64,000 nucleotides of DNA from Callorhinchus milii (taxonomy: Eukaryota), in contig NW_024704742.1 of NCBI RefSeq assembly GCF_018977255.1, positions 15,066,001 to 15,130,000 of the forward strand, written 5' to 3'. A program made the translations under genes and the position numbers. Positions 11,560 to 24,644 of this stretch are shown here, piece by piece. Numbering within the stretch: the stretch's first letter is position 1; each line of letters starts with the position of its first letter. The notes under the pieces were generated by a model. That model had not been told where the DNA came from. It saw only the letters and a list, made by a program, of their open reading frames with translations, and ran no database searches.

Positions 11560-12252
11560 TAATGAAAAGAGTGAAAACAAAATTCAGTCCATCAATATCT
11601 TTCTTCCTTCCACTCTTTGATTGATCATTCAGATGTTGCTTTTTCAATTGTGCAGTGACATTTTGCCCTGTGATTTGTCAAATGAGTGAATATCTCATCT
11701 GAATGAAGCCTTGTCTTTGGCACCTGTCCCTCTATCTGTGTTAATCTCTGCACCCAGTAACATGATCGAATAACTGCCTCTTCTCTTCACAAGTCTCATT
11801 CCTTTACTCTCCAAGGTATACAGGAGCATGCATTGAACTGGGTTGACTTTTCTCCCAATTCTTGTGATGGCAATAGTTCTGAGGTTTGTCAATACAGCAA
11901 CTTCTGTGAAGGTCAACACTTGTATATGCAATCAGATGTGAATTTGCTGTATTCATTGAATACAAATTCCCAGTGAATTTGCTGGGAGACTTTGCTGTAT
12001 TCATATTTTGTTGCTTCCAACGAATAAATGATCTTGGTTGAACAAACTCAGATTTGAAATGAGAATATTGGGTGGTCCATTAGCATATAGATTACTGTCA
12101 TCTGTCAGACGTCTCTCTGTGCTGTTGACACAAGTTGAGGGTGTTGACTTATTTACGTCAAACAGGCAAAATTCAGGGAGCTTCCTGATGTATTTACTCT
12201 TCAAGGTTGTGTAGAAGAAAACAATGATATAGAAGTACATTGAATTAGATGC
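11560..12252 (-). pseudogene. Large decayed exon, one module
   Basis: ttttaccag acceptor; LYANGPPNILI (cf. FRTNGPPEMLI), KSEFVQPRSFIRWKQ, HAPVYLGE*RNETC; explains the chain of overlapping ORFs 11695-12300. Confidence 0.7.
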
Positions 12253-12698
12253 CTGGTAAAATACGTAATGTTTAATGCTGCCTACAAAATACACAATCAT
12301 AACTCTTTACAGTAAATCATGTCAAGTGCTTAGAGATGTTCTCCCAACATTGAATCAAATGCAAAGATTATTTGTTATTCTGATATTGGGTGCAATTTCA
12401 ATCAAAAGCGATGGTTCTTGATTGTTTTTTTCTTACAAACAGATCTCAGTATGTTAAATTCCTGTATAGCATAGATGATCTAAAATGTGCAAGTCACATC
12501 TTCACAGAGACTTGCACATTTTTGAGACTTGCACATTTCATTGTTGTATTTAGGCAGAAATCAGCATCTGGCAAAGAAAAGATCTAATTTAGGGTTCAGG
12601 CATGTTTCCCTCAATTATGTGTCAATGTTATCCTTAAACATTCTCTGGAAGGGTTCAGAGAAAAAGAGATACATTATTACAGCTCAATCACATATACA

Positions 12699-13204
12699 GC
12701 ACACAGGTAGACACAGATTTATTGCAGATATCCTTTGGAAAATGAAGTCCACTTGGTTGGTTTGTGCCAGAATAATTGAAAGATGATGATTGGGACAATG
12801 CATAGTCTTTCCTGAATTTGTCTGTTGCCCTTATGATGCCCTGCTCCTTCTAATCTGTATATTTCTGTCATAACAACAAAATTACATTTGTATAGCGCCT
12901 TTCACGTTGGGAGGATGTCCCAAGGTGCTGGACAGTCAGTGTTTCGGACCCGAGCTGGTTCGTTATTATATAATTATGATAATTATAATATTATTATTGT
13001 AACCTCCAGGCAACCGTTATGTCAAGGCCATGGGGAGTGAAGAGAAGAGTGACAGACCTTATTACTGTTCCTGTAACATTGTTTACATTGGTGTTATTTG
13101 TCATTGCAACTTTTTAGTAAACGTCATTTACAACTTCACCTTTCACCAAGATACTTATGTGAAATGCTTCTTCTTTGTTCCAATTTGTTAATTCTCACCA
13201 GTTT
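12699..13204 (-). pseudogene. Two possible small decayed exons (13058-13204 and 12699-12811)
   Basis: tttcag and ttcag acceptors; AG|gtctgt donor with phase-2 match; PTKWTSFSKG..ICNK resembles WFAFSGSCDR. Confidence 0.4.
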
Positions 13205-13714
13205 CTGAAACACAACCCACCGTCTTCTCCCCATTTTACAACAAGAACTTCCATTTATACAGCTCCTTTCACGCTGGATAGTGTCTCAGAGCAATGTTCT
13301 CACGAGATTGGTCCTTTTGTGCGAGTTCAAAATCATTGTGTTACCATCTTTACAATTTTAGATATGGGAGTTTAATTTGAGCTGCTGGGGTCAACACATG
13401 AGCACTGCTTCACACATTAACCATATAATTCAGTTAGCATCCTGTTCCAGATAATACTGAATCTCTGCAATCGGGGCTGACCTTCAGTGAGGAGATTTCC
13501 TGGGGGTCAACCATTATACCAATTCAAGGCCATGGAGCAGTGGTGGTGGTGGGGGTCAGGGTGGTGGTGGTGGGGGCAGAGGAGTGTGACAGATCTTGAT
13601 CCTGAATTGTTGAATTGTTTAAGAAAATAATATTGGACGCGGGGGAAAGCTGGGCACCAAAATGAGCAGCAGTTTAACTGTACTTCCCAGATATTATTCA
13701 TTTTAAGCCAGTAA

Positions 13715-13990
13715 AATAAACAATGCTTGCATTTGATATAGAAATTAAGCACATCGTTGAAACATCTCAATGTGCTTTAGTCAATTTGTGCACAGCAATG
13801 TCCCACAAACAGCCATGAAGTGAATGGCCAATTTTAACCGGCAATTGTTGGCCAGTAACACGAGGAGAAACTCCCTGCTCTTTTCAAATAGTGCAGTGCA
13901 TCTTTAGAGTCCATCTGAACAGACAGATGGAACCTCAACCAATATCTCAGCCGAAGGATGTCGCCTCTGATATTGCAGCACTTCCTAGAC
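13715..13990 (-). mobile_element. SINE B, partial
   Basis: Reverse-complement Deu core and tail. Confidence 0.75.
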
Positions 13991-14499
13991 CATGCGCTCA
14001 AAATTGTAACCACCCCACTACAGACGAGTTGGGAGAGGGGCAAGAGGGTGCCGAGGATTGGGGCTGCTCGGAGGACTGGCTTTGGTCCACCCAGGGCTCA
14101 CCCCTCCCACGCGCCCCCCAAACAGGTGAGCTATAGATAGATTTGGGGTGGAGGGGGCTGAGCCTTACCTAGTTACCTGCCGCCTATGACTGAGCTTAAG
14201 AGGTAACTAATAATGGTTAACAAGATAAATTTCTGGGGATTGAGAAATTAGGCTTAATCCTAATACTAATAATTCTTGCATTTGATATAGTGCCTTATCA
14301 CATCATTGAGAAGCACTTCACAGAATATATTATAATGTGGATTGACTGTATTTTTGGGGTATAAAACCATAAGAGAGGTTTGAATGNAAAAAATCCCATC
14401 CTCCCATCACAGGATCAAGCTGTTTTTAAATGAATCCAGTGTCGTGGATTCAGCCACACTTTTAGTAACTTGTTCCAAACATGAAATATCCTCTGGGGG

Positions 14500-14760
14500 T
14501 ATCATAGAATCATAGAATTATACAGCACAGAAGGAAGCCATTTGGCCCACCATGTCTGTTCCGTCTCTTTGAAAAGAACTATCCAAATCAAACCCAATCC
14601 CCCGCGCTCTCCCCATAGCCCTATCCTCTCCGAAACAGGGTAAAGAAATACTTCCTGAAATCTGAACTGAAATCACTTATTTTTGAACCCTATGTTTGTG
14701 TTTCCTTGTTCTGCTGTCATAGTGAATCCGAAAGTATAGTTCTGAGTTTACTTGTCCAAT
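14500..14760 (-). mobile_element. CR1 LINE 3' end
   Basis: (atcataga)n terminal repeat followed by cagcacagaaggaagccatttggccca. Confidence 0.75.
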
Positions 14761-14810
14761 CCCATTTAGAAGTAAACTCAGAACAATACTTTCGGAGTCA
14801 CTGTGATGGC
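14713..14810. repeat. Fold-back inverted repeat, 41-bp arms and 16-nt loop
   Basis: gctgtcatagtgaatccgaaagtatagttctgagtttactt pairs with aagtaaactcagaacaatactttcggagtcactgtgatggc. Confidence 0.9.
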
Positions 14811-15090
14811 CTCTGACTGGTACCAAATATCCTGTCATGTTATCTGTGAAACTGACAAAAATATAACTCTAGATAGGTCACCTCTCACATCACTATGCTA
14901 TGGCTTTTAAGGCAGCAGAATTGACAGCATCTATTAAATGGATTAATCTAAATTTTAAATGAGAGCTGTATGTTGAAACCACATTAACAAAATAGCTCAA
15001 GAAAAAGCAACCTATGGGATGTATTACTAAGGAACTATCAAACACCTAATGTGGCACGCTTTGTGAAGACATCAAATAGTTGTCACATAC

Positions 15091-15376
15091 GTCTTGAAGC
15101 AAAGTTCAATTGAAATGGGATTCCTAAGACCATAGTTGTATCATTGTTGACAGGGTCTGCCTTGTCATTACTGTCATGAATCTCAAAGCAAGAGGCTTTT
15201 TCTATAAAATTGTTGTCATACTTGCAGAACGCCCTCCTGGATTGTTTTGAGAGGCTGTAATGCACATGTCTTCAACTGCTTTCAGCAAATACAGTATGAG
15301 ATTCCTTGGATTCAGCTATCTACCTCTCTTTGGGAGAGAATCATTAAACAAACTCCATATCCGTCAGCAAGAGCAA
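15091..15376 (-). pseudogene. Decayed exon, Cys-rich tail (KYDNNFIEKASCFEIHDSNDKADP)
   Basis: tttctcctag acceptor, AC|gtatgt donor; a frameshift restores DPCQQ; stops upstream in the exon. Confidence 0.7.
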
Positions 15377-15649
15377 CTAGGAGAAATATATAGCAAGCGT
15401 AATATACTCAGCATAGAATGTCCAGGAAACAAGTGTTAAGCACCTGAATCAGCCTCACAGTATACTTGTGTACCTAAAGGGCACTGAATTCCTATCTACT
15501 AAAAAAAAGAGAAAAACAATCTTGTACTTTACACATTCTAATCTTGGAACATGCATTAAAACTTTCCTTAGACTTTGTAACTATTACTGTCTGTTCCGTT
15601 CCTTATTACATTTTTTGCATGTATTGTTATATTATTATTATGCGTTATT

Positions 15650-16502
15650 TCCTTTTTTTCTTCGCCAAATTTCTCCCTTCCATCTTCTTTCCTGGAGGCA
15701 CGATTGGTTCTTTTCTCCTTCTGCTGGGGGTATCATTCCCCAGATACCCTGTACAACTGGCCATAACTTATGTATAAGCCTTGACATTAAATGTTGGCAG
15801 GGATGGTTGAGGATGGAAGTATTGTGGCTGAGCCAAAACCTCTGCTTACTCTGTCCACATAATGTGTTGGTGTATAAAGACTAGAAGGAAAGCTGCATGA
15901 TTCACCCCCCACCGACCCCCACTCCCGTCCCCCCACCCGGCCCTTTCTGTGATCCAGTGACATTAATAAATAGCTGAAGCTTGATGCTTTTAGTTGACAT
16001 TTTGGTTTCAATCCCTTGATACGTTACTGATTTGTAACCGTCCAAGCTATGTGTTATACTATATCAAACCTAGATTACCTGCTAATTAGTCTCACTATCT
16101 AATTACATGTGTAATCTATCACTGCATTGTAATGTGCATGAGGAACAAAATGAGCACAAAATTAAATGCACTTTTATATACATGGTCATGATGCTGAATG
16201 TCCATGTAGAATGTACTGTAATTTCAAGCCAAATGCCATTTGTTCCATTTTTGGGAAAAGCTGGGAAATTATTTTAGCACTTTTTTTTTAGCCTCGCTCC
16301 AGCCCATTTCTGCAACCTTCTGCAACCATACTGTCCCAGCTCAGTTCAGTAAACAGCCAGCAGCAGTTTGTGAGCTCAAATTGTTTGATGAAGGTCAAAA
16401 CTCCAACCAGAAAGACTGAGCCTGCTAAGGTGCAGAATAATGATACAGTAGTTCCTTTAGTGAAATAGTCAGATGGCAAAAGTTTTGCGATTTCATCAAT
16501 TC
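15650..16502 (-). pseudogene. Two decayed exons (16293-16502; ~15650-15880)
   Basis: P*QAQSFWLE (ANYW equivalent); strong ctttccttctag acceptor at 15881 followed by VFIHQH. Confidence 0.55.
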
Positions 16503-17324
16503 CTACTCACAAGAGGCTTCACTTCTTATGTTGCTTGTTCAGGTGGATGTTAAAGATCCCATGGCACTGTGTGAAAAAAGAGTTTCTTCCTGTGTCCAAT
16601 AATCCCCCAAATAAAATTAGTCGCTCACTTCATGGCTCTTTATGGGACATATTGCTTGGCACATATTAGCTGTCATCTTTGCCCCAAATTGCAAATACTG
16701 CAACTCACAGTATATCCTGTATGACGCTTTAACACATCCCCAACCTGAAAGGTGCTATACTAAATGTAAGGATTTTTTGTATTCCGGTCTCTTTGTGCAG
16801 TGTGAATTTTCAGCTGGTTTCTGTCTGTAATGTAAAACTGTGGATTTATGTTAATCCACGTTTCTGCCAGAAATAGAAAAATGAGGACCATAATAGATCG
16901 AGAGATTTACTGCACATTAATAACCTTCCTTTAGCCTGCCTCCCTGCAAAAAATGTCATATCTTAAATAATGTATCCTGAGAATTCTGCATATTTGATTT
17001 CATTGTACTAATAAAGCACATTATTATTGTTGATGGAGCCTACACACCAAAACCAGCAATTTAATTGCACCCAAAATGTGTGTTTAATTCTTTACAGCCT
17101 TCTACTTTTTATTGCTTTCAACAAAAGCTGCTCCTCACCTGAGCTGGTATTTTTGGAATTAAAAACAGAAAATGTTGGAAATTCAAAGCAGATGAATTGG
17201 CATCTAAAGATAAAAGACATGCACTGTTTGGGACAAAACTCTTTGGTCAGAAATCAATTGTTCTGAGGAGAGACCTATTTAAACCTTGAACTTGTCTTCC
17301 AGATGCTGATAATAATGGTCTCTT

Positions 17325-17722
17325 TGGAGCTGAACTGGCTCCAAGGTGACATGTTTGACAACAGAATGTCACAATTGAGCCAGCCCTCTGTGGCGGTCTC
17401 AGTAGTTGATTTCCTGAGCCAGGCGGTCCGCAGTAATCCAGGGCACTGCTGGTAACAGCACAGCCACTCTGGCTCATCGACCAGTCTAGCTCAGGACCTG
17501 GAAGGGTAGACCAGTCACTGAGGGCAAGATGTCAGCCCACTCAGCTCTTGTTAACTCTGCAAGTCAAAGACCTAATGGGTGGTGCTAGCTGGACAAGCAG
17601 CAGGAAAGCTTGCCAGAGAGTGATATCAATGGCAAGATATGTGTTTTTAGCTGGTTGAACTCCAGCAGTACCCGTTGCACACTCTCTGGTACCCAAGCCT
17701 TGGCTCTTGCCAACCTGTGCCA
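17325..17722 (+). mobile_element. Unclassified repeat family C, 5' part
   Basis: Starts tggagctgaactggctccaaggtgacatg; colinear with 55240-55790. Confidence 0.8.
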
Positions 17723-18808
17723 ATCCTGTGGGGTCGGAGGTGGGGGAGGAGGTTTGTTGACAGAAACTCCTTTCTTTTTATTGTCCACCTTAATAGACAG
17801 ACAGGATCTCGGTTTAAGATTTAATTCAAAGCATGGCACTTCTGGCATTCCCCTAGAACTGCACTGGAGGGTCAGCCTAGACAGAGAGTGTAAAATCCCG
17901 ATGTGGACCTTGAACCTGACACCTTAATGATTCAGATGCTATCAGATGCTTAAATGAACTCAAATGCAAATCCTTCTTTTTCAATTTTGAGTTTCCAACA
18001 CTTGCTTTTTTCCTTTTTGCCTCTGGCATTTTAGTTATTCTGCTGAACTCAGTGTTGAAGATACTGGTTGAGAAATTACTACCAAACTGAAACATAGGAA
18101 AAAGAGGAAAACTTTTAACTCATCAAGACAGTTAGGTCAAATTATTAGACCATGGCAGAGTTTGTAATCCCGTTTGCTCATCATTTCCTCATAGTCCTTA
18201 ACACTTTTACTTCTCAATTTATATACCCATCTCCTTTTTAAGAATCCCAATCAAAAGCAACAACTTACCATACCTATAAAGTACCTTACATGTTAGAACA
18301 TGTCTCAAGGCACAGTCAAAGAGCTAGGCTTTTACATAGAACCACAAATAAGGGTGTGAAGCAGAGAGATTTAGGGAGAAAGTTCCAGAGAACAAGAGGA
18401 CAAAATGATTGAAAACTTGCCCATTAATCACAAGATCACAAGAATGGTTTAGATGACAAAGGCCCTTTAGACATCTGATTTCATCCTTTCAGAACATATA
18501 TCCTACAGTTCCTCCACATAGGATAGTGGGGCTGAAAGGGTGAAGCAGGCCTTTAGTAATTAGTTAATGCAACAACAACTTCACTTGGGGTAGTATCTCA
18601 GTGTGTGGGCATTTAATGCTAATAATAATCCTTGCATTTGATTTAGCACCTTATCATGTCTTCGAAATATCTTAAAGCCTTCACAGAATATACTGTAAAG
18701 TTAATTGACTGTATATTCTGTGAACAAACGTGAAAGACCATTGCGCACAACAGTGTTCATTTCAATAACTCCTAAGAATTTTGATCATTCAAAGGGATTG
18801 CTGATTAC

Positions 18809-18993
18809 CTTACATGCTGATTATTAGATGGCAGCTCATGGAAAACATGTAAGTCATCCAGAATGTGTGCTACAGTTCATTGGTGGACATCAAAGTTCAA
18901 TTAATGTTTTCTTGGGAATAGTGGACAGCTGCTGGTGAGAATTGTTTTGTTTATGTAGTACAGTACTGCAGCAATCAAGCAGTGAGGAGAAGC
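18809..18993 (-). pseudogene. Decayed exon (LIAAVLYYINKTILTSSCPL)
   Basis: tatttttcaag acceptor, AAG|gtaatc donor; aligns without gaps to LEINTLWYLNRMVLKCDIPL of the 2.3-kb exon. Confidence 0.7.
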
Positions 18994-19429
18994 CTTGAAA
19001 AATATAGCGTAGGTGTATAGTAATAAGTACAGCTGTAGTTTTTCATGAACAAGAATTTGATATTGCCTGACTTTTGTTTATCCTGCTAATGTACTGTAAG
19101 CATTCCCTGGTCACGAGGCCTAAGCAGAGCTTGAAATGATGGTTGTTGGAATTCCTTATTGTCCATTATTGTGATTAAGAGTTTCCTTTTTCACAAAATA
19201 TTTATTGTGCAAATAAGATTTTGAAATAATAGTAGGATATTGTAGCTGTTAAGTCTTAAAGTAATGTTCACATTCTATGACATTCCAGGCTCTTGTAAAA
19301 AATAATAGATGATGAATTATAATGGCAGGTTTTCTCAAGAGCCACAAATCAGTGAAAAAACTGTCAAACACACATCCATAAATCATCCTTTATGCATCTG
19401 TTGTTGATTATTATGTACCTGTATGTAGT

Positions 19430-19870
19430 TGTTGTTGGTCAGCCAGGTGCATGATGCATGCAGAAACCCATCACCATAGGACAAAGAGTATCCAAACCAA
19501 ACAGAGTTCCATGCATCCAACCTATCTACATGGAAATTCCTGAGATATTTATTATAATGGAATGTGCACTTTCTCCCAGGAGGCCCTCAACTTGCTTACC
19601 TAAGAATATTAGGAGCAGGTTGGCAAGAGCCAAGGCTTGTGGACCCCAGAGGGTGCATTGGGGTACTGCTGGAGTCTGAGCAGCTAAAACTGAATAGGTT
19701 ACCTTTCAGAGCACTGCCTGGCAAGCTTTCTTGCTGATTTTCCAGCTAGAACCATTCTACCCTTTAGGGTTTTGCAGAATTAATGAGAGCTGAGTGGGAA
19801 GAATTTCTGTCCCCAGTGACTGGTCTGACCTTCTAAATCCTGCCAATGAGCTAGGCTGGCTGTCCTCTCA
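19430..19870 (-). mobile_element. Family C copy
   Basis: ttggtcagcc..gaaacccatcacca..ggttggcaagagccaaggctt. Confidence 0.8.
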
Positions 19871-19939
19871 TCAGTATTGAATAGCTCTCCCTCCCTGCAG
19901 CCACTTCCCATGTTTGCCACAACTCCTGGACCATAAACC

Positions 19940-20070
19940 CTTGATTGTGAATTTTGCAAATGGGTTAGAGGAAACCTCTCAACTGCATTCCCAGGAGTTC
20001 AGAACCATAAAGGAGAACTGTTAGCACAGAGGTCTTATATGCCATAAGCTGCATTGGGACCTTGTTCTCC
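19940..20070 (-). mobile_element. RTE-like LINE ORF fragment
   Basis: LMAYKTSVLTVLLYGSE matches the Y..+V...LLYG.E motif C-terminal of RTE-type RT. Confidence 0.55.
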
Positions 20071-20839
20071 TGGAATATAGACAAGCACAACCAGATTGAC
20101 CTTCACCCCTTGTCAGTATTATGCAGATAGTTATTTTACATATTGTATATATAGTTGTTGAGTTTGTATGTAGTCGTTGAGTAGGCTTTTGACTTGTATA
20201 GATTTGTGCCTTCATTCTTTATGTGTTTTCTAAGATTAAAACTGTACCACTCTAGGTTGGGGCAGTCAACTATAGCTGTGATTTCAACTTTCATGTTCAT
20301 AACAGGTATTGGTAAACAAATTGTGTTCTGTAACTTGGATTACACCTGAAAGGTTTCTAAACCAGAGACGCTACGAATATTAGCTACACCCTATATTGTC
20401 TCGCAGTTAACATCAACGCAATATTGCTGCCATAACTGTGGAAATGTATATTTAATCTAAAAAAATGCAAATAGCAAATTCCTCTGAAAATGAAAAGTAA
20501 AATAAACTGCATATGTTTTTAAATTGTCTATTTTATGATATTACACCTGCAATAGCTCAACCACTCAGAATATGTTTCATGTTTAATGTGGCTGGTTTAG
20601 TTCTCAGTTACAATACAACATTAAATGGAGGAAATGGCTGGCTTTAAAGTCTCTAGGTATGAATCATCGTACTGGCTTTCCTTGAACCAAATGTACGTGT
20701 TCAACCCAATTATACTCAAAGCTCAATCTCCATTTCGAAAAGGCAACTTGAAACCTGAAAACTAAAAATGTATTTTAATGGAGTGAGAGATCTAAGTTGA
20801 AAAGTATTCCAAAATTAATAGCTTAATGATCTAATTTAC

Positions 20840-21410
20840 CACAGTTTCAGGATCATTCTATTAGACAGGCAGTTCTTTGCATTTGGCACAAACATAAATC
20901 ACTGTTGAACCCTCTACATGTCACACACATGCACTCAGACTCAGTAGGTGGCTCAAGTACTGTACCTTGTGTAGCCTGCTTTATAGTGCTCTGTTTGGTG
21001 TGAACACAATCTGTACAATTCGAGGCACAGCTAGCAGTAACATTTATTACTGTCTTTATTACCATTTAGTCATAGTTTTAAAATAAAAGCAAGAAATGCA
21101 CAGCAGGTTAATGTTTAATTTAGATCTTTATCATCCAGTATTTCAATCTGTAGCAATAGTTCACGATAATAAACTGAATTGTGGTACTATTTTCGCACAG
21201 TTGCGTGACAAGGAATGAATGGTTCTATGGTCCAGTACGCTTACAATTTTTAACAATGGCTGGCCTTTTTAAAAAAATACTGGTCTGTGGTGGGATGTGC
21301 AGAATGCACATATATGTAATTGGAAAACATAGAGTAAAGCTGATGCTATTATTTGTTGACTTTTTTCACAGCAGGTTGTAGATTCATGCAAAACATTGGA
21401 ATTTTCAGCT
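20840..21410 (-). pseudogene. Possible decayed exons (21245-21410 Cys tail; 20840-21030)
   Basis: ICAFCTSHHRPVF (cf. FCYKC*NKAY*PVF at 26.76 kb) with gtaagc donor; the second segment has gctag and gtaaat sites. Confidence 0.45.
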
Positions 21411-21745
21411 CACAGTCCAACCTGACATTCGAGTGCAGTGCAGGAGGAATGCAACATTGTCTGAGGTACCTTCCTTCGAATGAGATGTAAAACTGTTCGA
21501 GCGGATATTAAAAATCACATGGCACTATTTGAAAAGAGTAGGAAGTTTCTTCCAGAGTCCTGGCCAACAATCCCCCAAATAAAAAAATCTTCTTGACTTC
21601 ATAGCTGTTTGTGAGATATTGTTGCGTGCAAATTGATTGACATGTTTTCCTACAAATGTACGGAAAAACTTTGTGAAGCACTTTGAGACATTTTGACATG
21701 AAAAGGCACTGTATCAAATGCAAGGATTATTAAGGATTATTATTT
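21410..21745 (+). mobile_element. SINE B, 5'-truncated
   Basis: Deu core and tail. Confidence 0.75.
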
Positions 21746-22667
21746 CTATGTCTCTGATAGAAGATGTTAGCAGCTTTTACCAGAAGAAACAGCAGTAAGC
21801 AGAACTGTCTTAATGTAGATCAAACTAAAAAAAGGCTTATGCTGTCTTCAATTAAGGTATTAAACATAATCATTTCCTTAACAATGAAAGGATTTGTGCT
21901 TCACAATATTGTGACTCATTGATATGCTGCATCATGTACTTACAAACATTGCATAACCTGGAGTGCTATTGCCAATAAATGGTCCGGAAACTCAGAATGT
22001 TTAACATTAATTTCTGCACTAATTGTTGATATCTGATGCAATACACTTCCTCAACAATAAACCTCAGGAAATTCAGTGGGAAACTCTATAATTGGAAATT
22101 CAAAATTTATATGCTTCGATACAATTGCATGTCAGTCTTTAGTTAGTGAGGCTTTTTTTGAACACTTTTCTTACTAGTTTATTAATGATCAAAACTCAAA
22201 ATCCTGCTGCTGGAGAGGCCAATTGTGTGATTATACAGATGCCTCCATGTTCTTTCATTTTCTTACTTTGATGGTAAAGTGTTTGGTTTCTAACAGGATA
22301 TTGTTTATTACAGCTGGAAAATGAAACCTTATGTATTTCAAACGATGCAATTTGCCATCATCTGTACCTTAAGTATCAAGCATGGGTCAGATTTAATTAG
22401 AGGGCAAGTATAACCTACCCCCACCCCCCTTCAGTCGGTGGAAATGAAAACTGCTCCAACCTAGGTGGTTAACCATGGTCCAATGACTGCAGCAGTAGCT
22501 GTGTTATTTCTTGCTTTACAGATGTTGGTGATTTGCCATATGAGCCACTTGTATTAAACCTACTCAGTTAGAAAATGGTATAATTATTTCCTGTCCCAAG
22601 TAGTAATAGCCATTACATTTTACAGAGTTAGAGCTTGAACTTGTTTATATTACTCTTTTTTTAATAC

Positions 22668-22850
22668 CTGCACCTGCTGGCTTTTTCATTTTTAGAACGA
22701 TTGCCTTTTACTACCATGCTAATTATGGTAAGAATGCCAGCTGCAGTGCAGCCTATGGACTCAATTCCCGACCACCTTCAAGATATCCCAGTTTTTTTTA
22801 TATCTTCCACTTGAGATTAAAGTAACAAACCACGGCATGCTCTGACTTCT
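22668..22850 (-). pseudogene. Possible decayed exon (KSEHAVVCYF)
   Basis: tttgttgtag acceptor, CAG|gtatta donor; the motif fits the F.N...+.C strand expected after the 24645 exon. Confidence 0.45.
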
Positions 22851-23749
22851 CTACAACAAATATGCCACAGACGTAGTTTTGTTAACATTTGGAATACAAA
22901 TATTGAGTTTTAAATGTTCTCACATCGACTGAACATTAAAACGCTGTTCTCTCTCCCCCCCCCCCCCCCCACAACAAAAAGCTAGAGCGGGGACAGGGCT
23001 GCGTCAAAATGGGGTGGGGAGTTTTGGGGTACATTTTCTGTTGAACTGTTCAACATTTCATTCTTGTACAACTACAGGAGCGCTCATTATAACGACCTTT
23101 CAATCTCAATTAATTTCTTCTCAAGTCATGCAGAACCTTGATCAACATCAATTTTCAAGGGAAAACTGATCTTAAACAGAAAAGGGGTTAATGTTTAACA
23201 GAGAATTTCAGTTTATTCACATCTCAACGCACTAAGGTCCCAACATCTGAATTGCCTTCTACAAACTATATACACTGGCTTCTTTAAGGTATTCTTTCCC
23301 CCTCTCCACCCCACCCCCCTATGCACACACACGCTCTAGATAAATCATCTTTAATTGAACTCAAAAGCATTGCCCTCTCCCCATCAATGATCTCCAAAAG
23401 GAAACAATTATACGGGTGTCAAGGATTATAGTTTTCACCACTGAAAAAGACTCGCTTCTGGTCACTGCATTGGATTTTTCTGCAATTAGTTTTGCTTGCT
23501 TTCATGGATCCTATTAAGGGACAGGTAGATTAATATGTGATTGATTGTACAAGTTCACTTCCAGGGCAAATTTTGTTTTAAGAAGCAACGTTGTGGGTTA
23601 GAAAGAAAAAAACTTTCTTGTACTTGCTAATATTGTTTATGTATTTATTTGTGCGTTTTATTTCTTTCAAGATAGTATTTTTCTATCAAATCGAGATTAA
23701 AAAACTACATTTCATTTTGTCCACATGTTATAGTTGCCCTGACATGATT

Positions 23750-23945
23750 ATTATTTTATGGAGGTGCCAGGCAGTGGATAAATTTGTAGGTGATGGTGAG
23801 GAGGCAGGATCCACTGGAAGACAGGAAGACGATGAAGACTGGTGAGGGCAGGGGTGATGGGTGAGCCAAGTTTCGTGAGATGTGAGTGGCGGAGCTTTGG
23901 ATGAGTTGTAGCTTGTGAATGTTGGAGTTAGGCTCTTTATCAACT
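23750..23945 (-). mobile_element. L2 fragment
   Basis: IHKLQLIQSSA..HPSP. Confidence 0.7.
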
Positions 23946-24644
23946 GCAAGGATTATAAACATGATTATAAATACATTACCAGTTCACAGGATTATCACTG
24001 ATATAATTAGTAATGATTATAATAATAATCCTTGCATTTGACATAGACCCTTATCACCTCTTTGAGACGTCTCAAAGCGCTTCACAGAATGTAGTGTAGA
24101 GTGAATTGACTATGTATTTTGTGGGCAAAACATACAAAAAACAAACATATAATGTTCCAATTAACATTGGAACACAGCAATGCAAGGCAACTATTCAGTT
24201 CTTCAAGCCTCTTCGACCACTTTATTAGATTTGGGCAGATCTTTTATTCCACAGACACGATGGGCTGAATGGCTTTCTATGAAATCCCCATCCTCTCACC
24301 ATATCCTTTAATACCGGGCCAGAATTTGGCCTTTTTTTAAAATTTGAAGGCAGTTTTCATAAATTTCTTTAAGACCTACAGAAAACTAGCTTCATAATTA
24401 AGACTGAATCCAACAATGTGTCTATTTCTAAATAGTCTGAAAAGCTAAGTTGATAGAGTAAACCCACATCTAGATGATTTTTTCCCCAAAGCCTGGAACT
24501 GAAAATTACTCCTGTCTTTGATAAATAATCACAAAGCAAATTATGTTTTTCTCACTTTCTTTCCTTTATAGACAACACAAACCAATTATATTATCATACT
24601 CCCCTGAAAATCGTGTTCTATTTTGTAATGGTTTTTAGTCTTAC

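Noticed and set aside
15320-15376. Somatomedin-B-like reading CSC*RIWSLFNDSLP (and GDCY at 37.45 kb)
   Set aside because: It needs several Cys substitutions, and other frames fit the repeated module in the expected order. Not fully excluded.
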